Assembly: GCA_964016885.1 (NCBI GenBank)
Contig: OZ024746.1
Location: forward strand, 99,386,001 to 99,450,000
Direction of reading: 5' to 3'
Length of the DNA: 64,000 bases
From: Eledone cirrhosa
Lineage: Eukaryota
Part shown: one piece after another, positions 1 through 13,329 of the stretch
Position numbering within the stretch: the first letter of the stretch is position 1
Layout: every line of letters starts with the position of its first letter
The notes under the pieces: model-generated
The model's database searches: none
Seen by the model: only the letters and a program-made list of their open reading frames with translations
Told to the model about the DNA's origin: nothing
Position numbers and translations under genes: made by a program

Positions 1-25
1 GTAACCAATCGTCCTTGTTATCTTT

Positions 26-76
<51 letters not shown>

Positions 77-169
77 TTTACATTATTTAGAAAACGTATG
101 AGAAACACAAACATAAACACAAGGACAAATCCCGCTCATCAGCTGTCTATCGTGGGTCACTGATGTTTC

Positions 170-229
<60 letters not shown>

Positions 230-372
230 ATAATAATAAATATGAAGACTAAAATCCAAAGGGGCTCGATAAGGAGGTTCAGAAGATCCCGTTAAGGGTG
301 AAAGCAGCGATTCTTTGCTTAATCTTTAATCTGTTATTTTAATAAATATTTGCTCTAAGGTTCTTATATATT

Positions 373-478
<106 letters not shown>

Positions 479-559
479 TATTTACATATACATAAACTAG
501 ACAGAGCCATAGATATATATATGCGTTTTGGGCAAAAACGCATATATATATATATATAT

Positions 560-1090
560 ATATGGTCCTGTCTAGTTTATGTATATGTGAATCTATATAT
601 TTTATAAACTCCCGTATGGTTGAATAACAATTTAGGCAGTATTCGTCTGCGCTTTCTAGCAACCAGCCTACTCGCCGTCAGGCACCAATCACAAGCTTTC
701 TAACTTGACCACTGGCCATGTGACGATTCTTAGCCATTTTGAATTCGTTTCTAGCGGGGATCATTTAAGAAAAATCTTTGTCCAATTGAGTTTGTTTCAT
801 AATTTTGGTATGTTTATGTACATTTTTTCTTCTAACTTTGATTTTGTACCTAATTGTGTATGGTTGGCTATATGTATAATCGATTTCTACAGGCTATTAG
901 AAATACTAGGTAAATCTTCTGTGGCTGTTGATCGTGGATAAAATAGCTATCATTTATTTATCTATTGTTTCTTCATAGGTACATATAAAACTTATAGCCT
1001 CGTTTAATTGATATTTTTGTGTGGTTAATTATGCTGATTGGGAGAAGAAATACTGTATATATTTTATCAAATGATTCTATGGACTTACTT
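560..1090 (-). mobile_element. Highly decayed PLE 3' end between (TA)n tracts
   Basis: LEEKMYI-like remnant followed by a degenerate CTGACGG...GAAA motif at about 650-682. Confidence 0.4.
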
Positions 1091-1091
1091 T

Positions 1092-1142
<51 letters not shown>

Positions 1143-1376
1143 AGGAGGTGAGTTTTATTGTAGTACAATAAAGCAATGCAGATATCGGATAAGTAGCACT
1201 CTACAGTTTGTAGGACTGGAGTATAAATAATATATAAGATCAAAAGATGGTTAAAAGAGTTCCATGTATTTTATTATGCGCATTTCAAAACTACATCAAT
1301 CTAAAACTACTTTTCATATGTTGATTTAAAACTGCACTATCCACAAGTGTGTTTTAACCTTCATATCATGTCTCCC

Positions 1377-1447
1377 TATTTTATCTGACGAAAACGCAAA
1401 TGTTATTGCATGATGATATTTGTTTTTGAAATGCGCATAATAAAATA
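1377..1447 (+). ncRNA. Type I hammerhead ribozyme motif
   Basis: TATTTTAT-CTGACGA-stem II-GAAA-TGCGCA-TA^ATAAAATA; 8-bp stem I, palindromic stem III. Confidence 0.75.
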
Positions 1448-1475
1448 CATGGAACTCTTTTAACCATCTTTTGAT

Positions 1476-1548
<73 letters not shown>

Positions 1549-2608
1549 TACAATGATATTAAATAAATGGAAACTATATTTATAAAACCATATTTATTCT
1601 ATTATATATATTTTAAGGGTATCAAAAGACTTTGGTACGCTTTCATAAAATAAAATACAAAGAGTGTTTTATAAATTTTGACATAGCCAAGGAAAATCAT
1701 AGCTTATCAGTTGAATATTCCCTGGGTAGTGAGAATATAGAATGGATTTTTCAAACTTATGGATGTATATGGAAATGAATATGTAAATAATTGAAAAACC
1801 GTTATTTTAAACGCTAAGGAAAGTTTAGATATATAATAATAAGAGAAAAGGAAGGAAAAAAGAAAAGGAAAGATAAAGGAAGACCACATATAACGTTAGT
1901 TTGGGGGAAATATATTCGAACATTTATCTATGTATATATGTAAGTATTTATCTTATTATATTGTAGTCGGTTAAATATATATATCTATATATATTTTAAT
2001 AGCATATGTATTTTTATTAAAATGATAATTTACAATTAATAGTTGTTTATAATATGAGTTACGAGGGATTTTGATTTTGTGTTTTAAGTAGATAAATAAA
2101 TAAATAAATAGGTAGTTCATGTTTTAGGTGGTTGTTCTAATATAAATTACGAGGGATGTTGATTTTGTATTTTATGTAAATAAATATGTAATTATAATTG
2201 AGAATGTTTTAAAATTAAATTAACGGAGTTAGGTAATAATATTTATATGATCGAAAAGGAAAGATAACTCCGATTTTATTTGTTAATTGCTATTGTGAGA
2301 TTACTTAATTATTTAGTCGAAAGAAATATGGATGTTTAGGATACGTTTTGCCAGAATCAGTTAGTGGTTATTAATCTACATTTAAAGAATAACTTTAGAG
2401 GGTGTCATTGTACTTAATTAAGAATTAAGAATTAAGGAATTAAGAATTAAAAAAAAAAATTAAAATTAAAATTAAATTTAAATTAAAATTAAAATTAAAA
2501 TTTAAAAATTAGAATTATATATGTATATATTATAATAAATTTTTAAAAGGTGGAAGTACTGCAAATGTTAGAGATATTATGATTTAGAGATATCAATATA
2601 TTAAAATG

Positions 2609-3121
2609 TTGTTATACTTTGGGAGGGTCATGTTGCCAATAAGAAACACACGCACCAGTTGCTTTCACTTCAATTTAATTTAATATATATTTATAAATTT
2701 ACAAATTTATAAATTTCTGGTTGGTTGGTTGGTTCCACAACCAGATAGTTGTTTATATATATATAGTCATAGTTCTTTCGTCACACACTCTGTGACCTCT
2801 TCAGTGACTGGGGATTTCTTTCTTCGTTTCTGTGCCTTTCCTTTCTTCTATCCTACGCCATTTGGAAAATGGCGTAGGATAGAAGAAAGGAAAGGCACAG
2901 AAACGAAGAAAGAAATCCCCAGTCACTGAAGAGGTCACAGAGTGTGTGACGAAAGAACTATGACTATATATATATAAACAACTATCTGGTTGTGGAACCA
3001 ACCAACCAACCAGAAATTTATAAATTTGTAAATTTATAAATATATATTAAATTAAATTGAAGTGAAAGCAACTGGTGCGTGTGTTTCTTATTGGCAACAT
3101 GACCCTCCCAAAGTATAACAA
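2609..3121. repeat. Palindrome with 255-bp arms and a 3-nt loop
   Basis: Symmetric about GGA at 2864-2866; mirrored ORFs in the track. Confidence 0.95.
2921..2965 (+). ncRNA. Minimal type I hammerhead (mirror copy 2765-2809 on minus)
   Basis: AGTCA-CTGAAGA-G-GTCACA GAGTG TGTGAC-GAAA-GAAC-TA^TGACT. Confidence 0.75.
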
Positions 3122-3612
3122 TATCGGTTTCAACACACGATTTCAGATAAAGAATCTTGCTAAACAAATTCAGAAACGAAATATATTAAAAATAAATTGT
3201 TAAAGCAAATAGGATTGTTATGGAGATTAATAGGAATATTATAAGTATAATTATAAGTTATATATAGTTCTAAATGTCGAATTATGGCGATGTCTACAAG
3301 AACTAAATAATTCTGTTCTGAGATTTATAGAGTTTTGACAGTTAATTATATAAAAAAAATTTAAGATTCAGTCATGGTAGTGAATAAGATATGACAAAAC
3401 TCAATATTTATATACCTTAAGAATACATAGGGTGCGTGTGAGAAAGCTATTATGTATTTTTTTAAGCTTTCTCACACGCACTCTCTGTATTATATGTAAT
3501 TTTTTCATGTCTCAATCTTAAGGTATATAAATATTGAGTTTTGTCATATCTTATTCACTACCATGACTGAATATTAACCTTCTACTAAGTCAAGGTATGT
3601 CATGCATCATCT

Positions 3613-3679
3613 TATTTTATCCGATGAGGACGTACTGTTGCAGATAGCTCAGTACCTCTGAAATATGTATAATAAAATA
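3613..3679 (+). ncRNA. Type I hammerhead motif, CCGAUGA variant
   Basis: TATTTTAT-CCGATGA-GGAcGTACTG...CAGTACcTCT-GAAA-TATGTA-TA^ATAAAATA. Confidence 0.65.
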
Positions 3680-3718
3680 TACTTGATCACACGAATGTCT
3701 ATTTTTGTTAATATTTTG

Positions 3719-3807
<89 letters not shown>

Positions 3808-4299
3808 TATAAAGCATATACTATATGTTTATATCCAGTAAACATATGGTAGGCTCGCTGTCAAACAAAACATTTTGCTTTTCGAAATGAAAACATTATA
3901 TTTCTTTATTTTCCGCATGTGGCCCGTTTGGCTTTCTTGAACGTCATGCCGAATTTCAAAATGGCCTTTAGTTTTTTAATAGTGCGGACCGCCCTATGAT
4001 GAGTCACATTGTATGTGGCTTCACTGCTCGCAAAAGGTTGCTTATGCTTGGTGTAATGTGTACTTATCCTTCCCCTTACTTTCAATATTTGATTTTTAAA
4101 AAAAAAAACTTTTTGTATTGCGAACACTACATTTATCTTTTATTACGAGCATTAACATTTAGTAAATTAAAAATGCACTTTCCATCAACCTTAACATATG
4201 ATCAAAGGGAAATAACTTAATCTGAACCGACCAAAAGTCATCTTTCTTTACTTATACAGTCGGAACACTTAACATTTTTTTCTAGTCTATATTTCAAAG

Positions 4300-4560
4300 G
4301 TGAAGGCGCATGGCTTAGTGGTTAGAGCATTAGGCTTGCAATCGACAGGTTGTGAGTTCAATTCTCGGACCGCGGGATTTGTTGTTTCCTTGAGCCAAAC
4401 ACTTTATTTCACGTTGCTCCAGTTTAGTCAGCTGAAAATGAGTACCCGCAATAGCTGCGATGGACTGGCGTCCTGTCCAGGGGAAAGTCTTGTACTGTCA
4501 GTCGCTTCATGCCATGAAACCGGGTTAAGCATCGGTCAAATGAGCCTTCTGGCTTAAGAC
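4300..4560 (+). mobile_element. tRNA-derived SINE with a conserved central domain (second, truncated copy at about 33135-33255)
   Basis: A box TGGCTTAGTGG, B box GTTCAATTCT, then TCCTTGAGC.A.ACACT and GCGATGGACTGGCGTCCTGTCCAGGGG, reminiscent of CORE/V/Meta-type SINE domains. Confidence 0.75.
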
Positions 4561-4605
4561 ACACTTTAGACTTTTTTTTAGATATTTTAAAGAATAGATT
4601 AATTA

Positions 4606-4692
4606 CAGGGTGACCACAAAAACACTCAAATATTCATATAAGTTTTGATATTATAAGTATTTGAAATCAAGGAGTGTTTTTAGGTCACTCTG
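4606..4692. mobile_element. Tc1/mariner-like MITE
   Basis: TA|CAGGGTGACC...GGTCACTCTG|TA. Confidence 0.65.
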
Positions 4693-4764
4693 TACTGCTA
4701 GATTTTGATTATTCCGCTTCGTCAAGATAAAACCTGATAAATAAAATATGTTCCAGTATAATTA

Positions 4765-4930
4765 CCGTATTTCCTGGCGTCGAAGACGCTACTTTCTTCC
4801 TAAAATAAGTCTAAAAAATCTACCAATATGTCCTGGAGGCCGAAGAGTGTTTATTTTTTTTCAAATTTTAGGTTGTCAAAATTAGGATGCGTCCTCGAGG
4901 ACGAAGCGTCTTCGGTGCAGGGAGATACGG
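4765..4930. mobile_element. pogo/Tigger-like MITE (similar architecture at 35450-35660 and 19442-19623)
   Basis: TA|CCGTATTTCCTG...GAAGACGC and GCGTCTTC...GGAGATACGG inverted termini. Confidence 0.65.
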
Positions 4931-5359
4931 CAGTTAAGTATATATTTTGATTTCAATGGTATGAAAAGAGAACGCAACTCAGGCTCGCTATCTAGCTATC
5001 AATTAATCTATCTATCTATCTACCTGCCTGTATATCTATCTATTTACACACACCCAACCACACACACACACTCACGCACGCAAGCATGGACGCGCATATA
5101 CACAGTCTGTACGCGAAATTGAAGTACGCGAATTAGCTTTAACGCGTTTTGAAAAAATATTATTAAATATTTACATTGCACGAATAACCCGTGTTTTTTA
5201 TTTTTCTATTTATCAGAAATATTGGACTTGAATTACGCGAATTTGCTTTACGTTTAGGAACGCATCTTCGCGCAAAAAGCGAACACTCTGTATATGTTTT
5301 CTACACCACAGTGTCCTTCTTTGTCTACACGTCTATATTTTTCTCCTTTGCCTAAGCCC

Positions 5360-5700
5360 TTGTATTTGTACTTGTGTCGACATTCAACCTGGACGGGTTG
5401 AGCCGGCTTCTTCCCTTGTCCTGACAGCATCCCGAACCATGGCAGCCCACGCACGACGGTCCAGGGCTAGGTCACTGGAAATAGCGAGCCAGTCACGGTT
5501 CCCTCGGCGCAGGCCGACCACCTGCGGACCTGAAAGTTCGGAGAGGTCCTCCTTGATCGTCGTTGCCCAGGTCTTCAGCTACCCGCCAACGCCTTTGCAC
5601 CAGTTAGGGAGTGGAGGTGGGAGGAGAACATCGCGGATCAGTTCACCCTCAGGGCACCGGGCTGCGTGACCAAGCCATCTCAAGCGCCGTTGCAGAGACC
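5360..5700 (-). mobile_element. RTE-clade LINE 3' end
   Basis: LQRRLRWLGHAAR...LKTWATTIKEDL...DRRAW, followed by a CAAGTA-like tail. Confidence 0.75.
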
Positions 5701-6580
5701 AGTGTCTGTCCTTAGGGCATCAGCATATGTCAACCTCGATCTCTCTCTACAAGTGTGTCCATGCAGGGGCTCCCATAGGACCACTGACTACAGTGTTAAC
5801 TCTGAATGTCGGTGAAGATGTCCAGCTAACCCCAATCTCCTCTGTGTCACTTTCGAGCTGACTTTTTGGAGGCTCCCATATAGCTCTGAGTTCTTCGTCT
5901 TCAGTGTATACTGTTTAATGTTCAGAGCTATCCTCAGCAACTTGTGTAGAACCCACCCATCATCTGTGTGAATCACTTGGTCAGCGTTCAAGTCTCAGAC
6001 CCATACAACAGCACAGACTCCACTGTAGAGACGAAGAGACGGATCTTCAGGTTTTTACGAAGGTCCGACTTCCACATCAACCTGAAACTGAGACACACTG
6101 CCCAGGCTTTGCTGTTCCTCTCCACTACATCGCCCTCTGTGTTCTCAACCTTTGTTCCCAGACTCATCGACAGTCTCCACCTCCTCTGCCTCCTTCACTG
6201 TGCTTGTCACCAGAACTATGTCGTCGGCAAATTCAGTATCCGATATCTTTTTTGCCTTAACTCTCCTGTTCTGAGCCAGTGTTACAGTAAAGCCAGAGTC
6301 CTGGTGTTTCTCCAGTGCAAAGTACATACAATAGTCCACTGCGATGATAAAAAGGTAGGGAGCCAATGTATCTCCCTTGAGCACTCCAGCCAGTATCTCA
6401 AAGAATTCTGTTATCCCATCAGGTGTAATGACTTAGGCTCTGGTGTTGGTGCAGAGCAGTGATATCAGGCCCACTATCTTCTTGGGGATTCCATAAGCCT
6501 GTAAGATGTTCATCAGGTAGCCTCGGTCCACAAAATCAAAGGCCTTTCTGAAGTCAGTGAAAACTATGACAGGAGACCAG
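5700..6580 (-). mobile_element. Degenerate RTE-like LINE reverse transcriptase fragment
   Basis: FTDFRKAFD, AYGIP, KGDTLAPYLF, FADDIVL, RRLGLAGH spread over frameshifted ORFs. Confidence 0.85.
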
Positions 6581-7168
6581 CACCGTCTGGTATGTTCTCG
6601 TTCGACTTTCCAACCCCTCAATGGTGCCTGACTCAACGCAGTAACCACAACTTTCAAATGGTACTCAGTTCGATGGTAATCAATCCACCGGTAGGCCGTC
6701 TCAACTAATATAATGTTTTCAATTGATGTACCCAACGTTTCCGCTATTCTGTATATTTAATTGTAGATATAGTAAAAGACAAAATTGGAAGAATTTTATA
6801 AAGTTTAACACTTTTTATTGACAACGTATGACTTTCATAGTTTTTCTTATTTCATTTCTTTTTACATATTTCCAGCCTTCTAGGTGATATGCTGTGTTGT
6901 TTGGCGTAACAAGAGGGAATGGCGAAGTTTCTGTGTCTCTTGATATATTCTGAAGTGTCTGTTAATAAAAAGTTTACATATTATATACGAGTTGTGTTCA
7001 GTTTATTTTGAGGCTTTTAGCCTCATAAATAAAGAAAACTTTACACATTATATACGAGTTGTGTTACTATTTGACAACGAAAACAAATTAAGTTTAGCGT
7101 TCGATAAAATAAAGTACCAGTAATGCACTGGGATAATTGTCGGCCTTGTGCCAAAAGCAGAAATAATT

Positions 7169-7440
7169 ATCTATATATCTAAAACAGAGAATGTCTGTCT
7201 GTCTGATCACTAAAACTCGAGAACCACCCAACCGATTGTTTTCAAACTTTACACATGTAATACTTATGGTCCTGTGAGTGTTTTGAGAAAATAAATTTCG
7301 AATTTTCAATGCCCTAGGCATTAGGCGATTGAGCGATCTCTTTCTATAATTCTTAATCTTTCTCTTTTTAGATACATACATAGATATAACGGCGTGCCCA
7401 TATAATACTTGTCTGTATGTCTGGCTGTCTGCATCACGAC
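7169..7440 (+). mobile_element. Helitron/DINE-like non-autonomous 5' part
   Basis: Starts TCTATATATCTAAAA, has a (GTCT)n stretch and AACCGATT...TTCAAACTT. Confidence 0.45.
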
Positions 7441-7485
7441 ATTATGACGTGGTGTGTGTGTGTGTGTGTGTATATATGTATATAT

Positions 7486-7525
<40 letters not shown>

Positions 7526-7633
7526 GTGAAACGTTTTTCGAAATATTTACGATTTTTGTGAAACGTTTTTCGAAATATTTACGATTCTTTGCTGAAACAT
7601 TAATCTGTTATTTTAATATATATACACACACAC

Positions 7634-7732
<99 letters not shown>

Positions 7733-7883
7733 TAAATTTATATATATATATATAATTATATATTCGTGTACAGATATCTTTTCGAAATATTTACTTCTGC
7801 GTTCACAGATTCATTCTTTTTAGTTTCAGAAGATCCCGTTAAGGATGAAAGGAGCGATTCTTTGCTTAAAATTTAATCTGTTA

Positions 7884-7997
<114 letters not shown>

Positions 7998-8068
7998 TAT
8001 ATATATATGAAAGACGTAAAATAAGAAAATTTTAAAAATTAAAAATCAACTTACTTACTAAAATTTTC

Positions 8069-8150
8069 ACTCCAACTAATTAGTTTCTGTAAGGGGATAA
8101 CTATAGTTACATAATATAACTATAGAGAATTCCTTACGTCATCAGGGAGT
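8069..8150 (-). ncRNA. Type I hammerhead with long stem II
   Basis: ACTCC-CTGATGA-C-GTAAGG...CCTTAC-A-GAAA-CTAATTAG-TT^GGAGT; covaries with 28582-28663. Confidence 0.78.
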
Positions 8151-8810
8151 CTATTCTCAGCTAAGTTCCCAGGCGATGCGCGGACACTAGGAACCCATAT
8201 AAAAATAATAATAATTCAGTGGATGGAATAAAGCTAGCGAGGACTAAATTCCGGAGCACTGAAAAAATTCACTGCCTCTGGTCAGTGGCAGATTCTAAAG
8301 AATCAATCACGTGACACTGAGGTTAATCAGTTAGGAGTGGGGTGGTATTATGACAAGAGCCTACTACTACCATGAATAAGCAGTAAATTTTGGCAAGTTT
8401 TACTTAACAAATAATTTGGAGATAAATATAGAGAATTAGTACATTTACCAACATATGTGTACAGATGTTCACCTATGCTAGCAAATATATATGTTATGTC
8501 TTAGTACCTTTGTCGTTGTATGCAGGGGGATGCAGAACAATTATATGAAAGACGTAAAATAAGAAAATTTTAAAAATTAAAAATCATATATATATATATA
8601 TATAATTATATATATATATATAATTATATATATAATTATATATATATATATATAATTATATATATAATTATATATATAATTATATATATATATATAATTA
8701 TATATATAATTATATATATATAATTATATATATATATATATATAATTATATATATAATTATATATATAATTATATATATATATATAATTATATATATAAT
8801 TATATATATA

Positions 8811-8856
<46 letters not shown>

Positions 8857-8880
8857 ATTATATATATAATTATATATATA

Positions 8881-8934
<54 letters not shown>

Positions 8935-9024
8935 TATATATAATTATATATATATAATTATGTATATATATATATATATATAATTATATATATAATTATA
9001 TATATATAATTATGTATATATATT

Positions 9025-9080
<56 letters not shown>

Positions 9081-9242
9081 TATATATAATTATATATATA
9101 TAATTATATATATAATTATATATATATAATTATATATATATATTTATATATATATATAATTATATATATATAATTATATATATAATTATATATATATAAT
9201 TATATATATATATTTATATATATATATATTTATATATATATA

Positions 9243-9280
<38 letters not shown>

Positions 9281-9481
9281 TATATATATATATAATTATA
9301 TATATATATATATATATAATTATATATATAATTATATATAATTATATATATATATATATATAATTATATATAATTATATATAATTATATATATATATATA
9401 TATAATTATAAAAACAAATAACGAAACGAAATTAAATTTCGTTTCGTTTGTAACTCACTTTTGTATGACTGACGCTTAAAC

Positions 9482-9906
9482 AATTAAGTTAAAAATGTAC
9501 ATCCACATATGTATACTGAAATACTAGTATGCATATGAATACACACACGTGTACATATGTAGATGTACCGAGTTTTTCACTGGACAATTTACTGTGAGTG
9601 TCCAGCTATTCTGTATGTAGACACACAGACAAACCGGTTTTTAGAGTCATACTGGTTTTCGAGGAAACACCTTTCCTCTATTCTCCAGAAAGCCAGACAA
9701 GGAATATTGGACTAGTTTCGATGTTGTTACATCTCATCAGCAATATTTACCTATCTTCCGGCCTTTCTAGAGAATCGTAAAAGCACATATCGTTATATGC
9801 TTTTTCTATGAAAAACTCGGTACATCTACATATGTACACGTGTGTGTATTCATATGCATACTAGTATTTCAGTATACATATGTGGATGTACATTTTTAAC
9901 TTAATT
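9482..9906. repeat. 98-bp inverted repeats enclosing a hammerhead
   Basis: 9482-9579 is the reverse complement of 9809-9906. Confidence 0.9.
9703..9747 (-). ncRNA. Canonical minimal type I hammerhead
   Basis: AATATTG-CTGATGA-GATGT AACA ACATC-GAAA-CTAG-TC^CAATATT; full consensus core and GUC triplet. Confidence 0.88.
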
Positions 9907-9931
9907 ATATAATTATATATATATATATATA

Positions 9932-9969
<38 letters not shown>

Positions 9970-10421
9970 TATATATATATATATAATTATATATAATTAT
10001 ATATATATATATATAATTATATATATATATATTTATATATATATAATTATATATATATATTTATATATATATAATTATATATAATTATATATATATATAT
10101 ATAATTATATATATTTATATATATATAATTATATATATATATATTTATATATATATAATTATATATATATATATATTTATATATATATAATTATATATTT
10201 ATATATATATAATTATATATATATATATTTATATATATATAATTATATATATATAATTATATATATATATATTTATATATATATAATTATATATATATAT
10301 TTATATATATATAATTATATATATATATTTATATATATATAATTATATATATATATTTATATATATATAATTATATATATATATTTATATATATATAATT
10401 ATATATATATATATATATAAT

Positions 10422-10456
<35 letters not shown>

Positions 10457-10718
10457 ATAATTATATATATATATATATATATAATGTAAGTATGCATGTA
10501 TACGTACATACATATATGTATACAGACGTACAGTAGCATGCACATATATATATATATATACATATGCATACAGGTACACATACATATATGCACGTATCAG
10601 TTTAGCGGCGCTTATTATAACGTCGCTTTGTTCGTTTGTAAACAAACTGAACAGCCTGAATTTATGCCATACGGTGTTAAGGCAACCACGTCACCTTTTT
10701 GTTCAACACTGACACAGG

Positions 10719-10763
10719 AACGATGTACTAGTTTCAAGCTTGTTAGCTATCATCAGCACCGTT
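10719..10763 (-). ncRNA. Minimal type I hammerhead, tandem copy
   Basis: AACGGTG-CTGATGA-T-AGCT AACA AGCT-T-GAAA-CTAG-TA^CATCGTT. Confidence 0.8.
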
Positions 10764-11178
10764 TACCCATCTGCCAGATAGTTGAACGTTCGAAAGTATA
10801 TACTTTCCTCATGAAAATTAACGGCTGAGCAACCTAATTTGCACATTGAGTGAGTTAAATCGGTCAGGCATACCGAAAACGATAAATTGAAACAAAATGA
10901 AAACGAAATTTCATTTCTTACTCTTAGTATGGCACTTACTTAAATGTAAGTATGCATGTATACGTACATACATATATGTATACAGACGTACAGTAGCATG
11001 CACATATATATATATATATACATATGCATACAGGTACACATACATATATGCACGTATCAGTTTAGCGGCGCTTATTATAACGTCGCTTTGTTCGTTTGTA
11101 AACAAACTGAACAGCCTGAATTTATGCCATACGGTGTTAAGGCAACCACGTCACCTTTTTGTTCAACACTGACACAGG

Positions 11179-11223
11179 AACGATGTACTAGTTTCAAGCT
11201 TGTTAGCTATCATCAGCACCGTT
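11179..11223 (-). ncRNA. Minimal type I hammerhead, identical copy 460 nt away
   Basis: Identical to 10719-10763. Confidence 0.8.
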
Positions 11224-11364
11224 TACCCATCTGCCAGATAGTTGAACGTTCGAAAGTATATACTTTCCTCATGAAAATTATATATATAATTATATATATA
11301 TATATATATATATATAATTATATATATATATATATATAATTATATAATTATATATATATATATT

Positions 11365-11397
<33 letters not shown>

Positions 11398-11604
11398 ATT
11401 TATATATATATATATAAATATATATATATATAAATATACAGACCGAATTAAGCCGCACAGTGTTCGGCAACCATCGTTTCCCTTTTGTTCAACACTGACT
11501 AAGGAACGATGAACTAGTTTCTAGCTTGTTCGGCAACCATCGTTGTTAATATGCATAAGGAAAGTATATACTTTCAAGCGTTCAATCTATTGACAGGAAG
11601 GTAT

Positions 11605-11647
11605 ACGGTGCTGATGACAGCTAACAAGCTAGAAACTAGTTCATCGT
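11605..11647 (+). ncRNA. Minimal type I hammerhead, same family (another at 33527-33569, plus strand)
   Basis: ACGGTG-CTGATGA-C-AGCT AACA AGCT-A-GAAA-CTAG-TT^CATCGT. Confidence 0.78.
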
Positions 11648-11905
11648 TCCTTTGTCAGTGTTGAAAAAAAGGGCAACGATGGTTACCGAACACTGTATGG
11701 CTTAATTCGGGCTGTTTGTTTACAAACAAACCGAACATTATAATAAATGTTCGGTAAAGCCATACGTACATATATATATATGTGTGCGTGTATGTATGTA
11801 TATACATACTACTGTACGTCGGTATACATATATGTATATACGTATACATACTTATATTCAAGTATCAGCCGTACTAAGAGTGAGAAATGAAATTTCATTT
11901 TTCCC

Positions 11906-11972
<67 letters not shown>

Positions 11973-12304
11973 TGAGACAGTAGACTGGGATATATATGTC
12001 TCTAACTTAAGTAGGGTGATGATATAATCGACCTGTTATTTACATATATAGTCCATAGGAGTTATTTCCCCTTAATTATTTTGGGAATTATCTCCCTTTG
12101 GTATCATATTCTTGGTATGGTATCGTAGTTGGCCGTAACATATAGTGTGACTTCACTACCTTTAGGAGAGGAATACAGCAGCACCATCAGGAAATATGTG
12201 TGTTTAAGTGGTTTTGTGTTGCTTATTTATTCCTTCGGTGAAACGCTGTCAGACCAAAATTCATACTTCAGTATTTCACAAGAACCAACATCATAAGAAC
12301 CAAT

Positions 12305-12978
12305 AATAATTGTTTCTACTTTTGGCACAAGGCCATCAAATTACCCCAGTATATTACTGGTACTTTATTTTATCGACCCCGTAAGGATGAAAGGCAAAGT
12401 TAACCTCGGCAGGGTTTGAACTCAGAAGAATAAAGGGATGTAACTATGCTAGAAAGCATGGCGTCCGACCCTCTACCGATTCTGCCAATTGGTTTCTTAT
12501 ATAGGCACAAGGCCAGTAATTTTGGGGGCGAGGAAAGTCGATTAAATCGACTCCAGTACGTTACTGGTACTTTATTTTATCGACCCCTGGAATAACAATT
12601 GGTTCTCCTTTTGGCACAAGGCCAGCAATTATCCCAGTGCATTACTGGTATTTTATTTTATCGACCCCGTAAGGATGAAAGGCAAAGTGAACCTCGGCGG
12701 GATTTGAATTCAGAATGTAAAGGGAAGTAACTCAATGCTGCAATGCATGGCGTCCGACCCTCTACTGATACTGTTAATTGGAATAACAATTGTTTCTCCT
12801 TTTGGCACAAGGCCAGCAATAATCCCAGTGAATTACTGGTACTTTATTTTATCGACCCCATAAGGATGAAAGGCAAAGTTAACCTCGGCGGGATTTGAAC
12901 TAAGAATGGCAAGGGATGTAACTCTATGCCTCAAAGCATGACGTCCGACCCTCTACCGATACTGCCAATCCACCGCCT
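12305..12978 (-). mobile_element. Tandem cluster of about 4 copies of the dominant tRNA-derived SINE
   Basis: Repeated GGCGGTGGATTGGCAGTATCGGTAGAG...GAGTTCAAATCCCGCCGAGG...TTTCATCCTTACGGGGTCGATAAAATAAAGTACCAGT. Confidence 0.85.
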
Positions 12979-13329
12979 TGCACTGCCGCGGAATAATAAT
13001 GACGGACAATACAAGAGCGCGATGCGATTTCAATAGATTTGTTGAACGATATTTCAACAGTTAGTCTGTCTTTGTTGAGTTTAGAGCCATAAAACCTTGA
13101 AAGCCCCACAATAGAATTCATACCCACCATAGGGTTATTTTTGCAGTAATGTTTTACAGCTAAATGCCCTTCTAAGCACCAACCCTTTTAGTCACCAAAA
13201 TATATAACCTAGTGATAACGATAAAAAAAACAATAAAAATGTTGTTAACATCTTAGTTTTTTACACTGGATTTAGATACTAAACTCTTTAGACAATATCA
13301 CAAACCCGGTGAATTCTTATACTCATGCT

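Larger units (their letters stand above)
8586..10483. repeat. Long interrupted (TA)n arrays (others at 25620-26620, 42840-43300, 43590-44090, 54905-55960)
   Basis: Directly visible. Confidence 0.97.
10484..11279. repeat. Direct tandem repeat, 460-bp period (~1.7 units)
   Basis: 10484-10819 is identical to 10944-11279. Confidence 0.93.

Noticed and set aside
4300-4375. tRNA gene
   Set aside because: A/B boxes are present but the sequence continues into a SINE body and the cloverleaf is incomplete.
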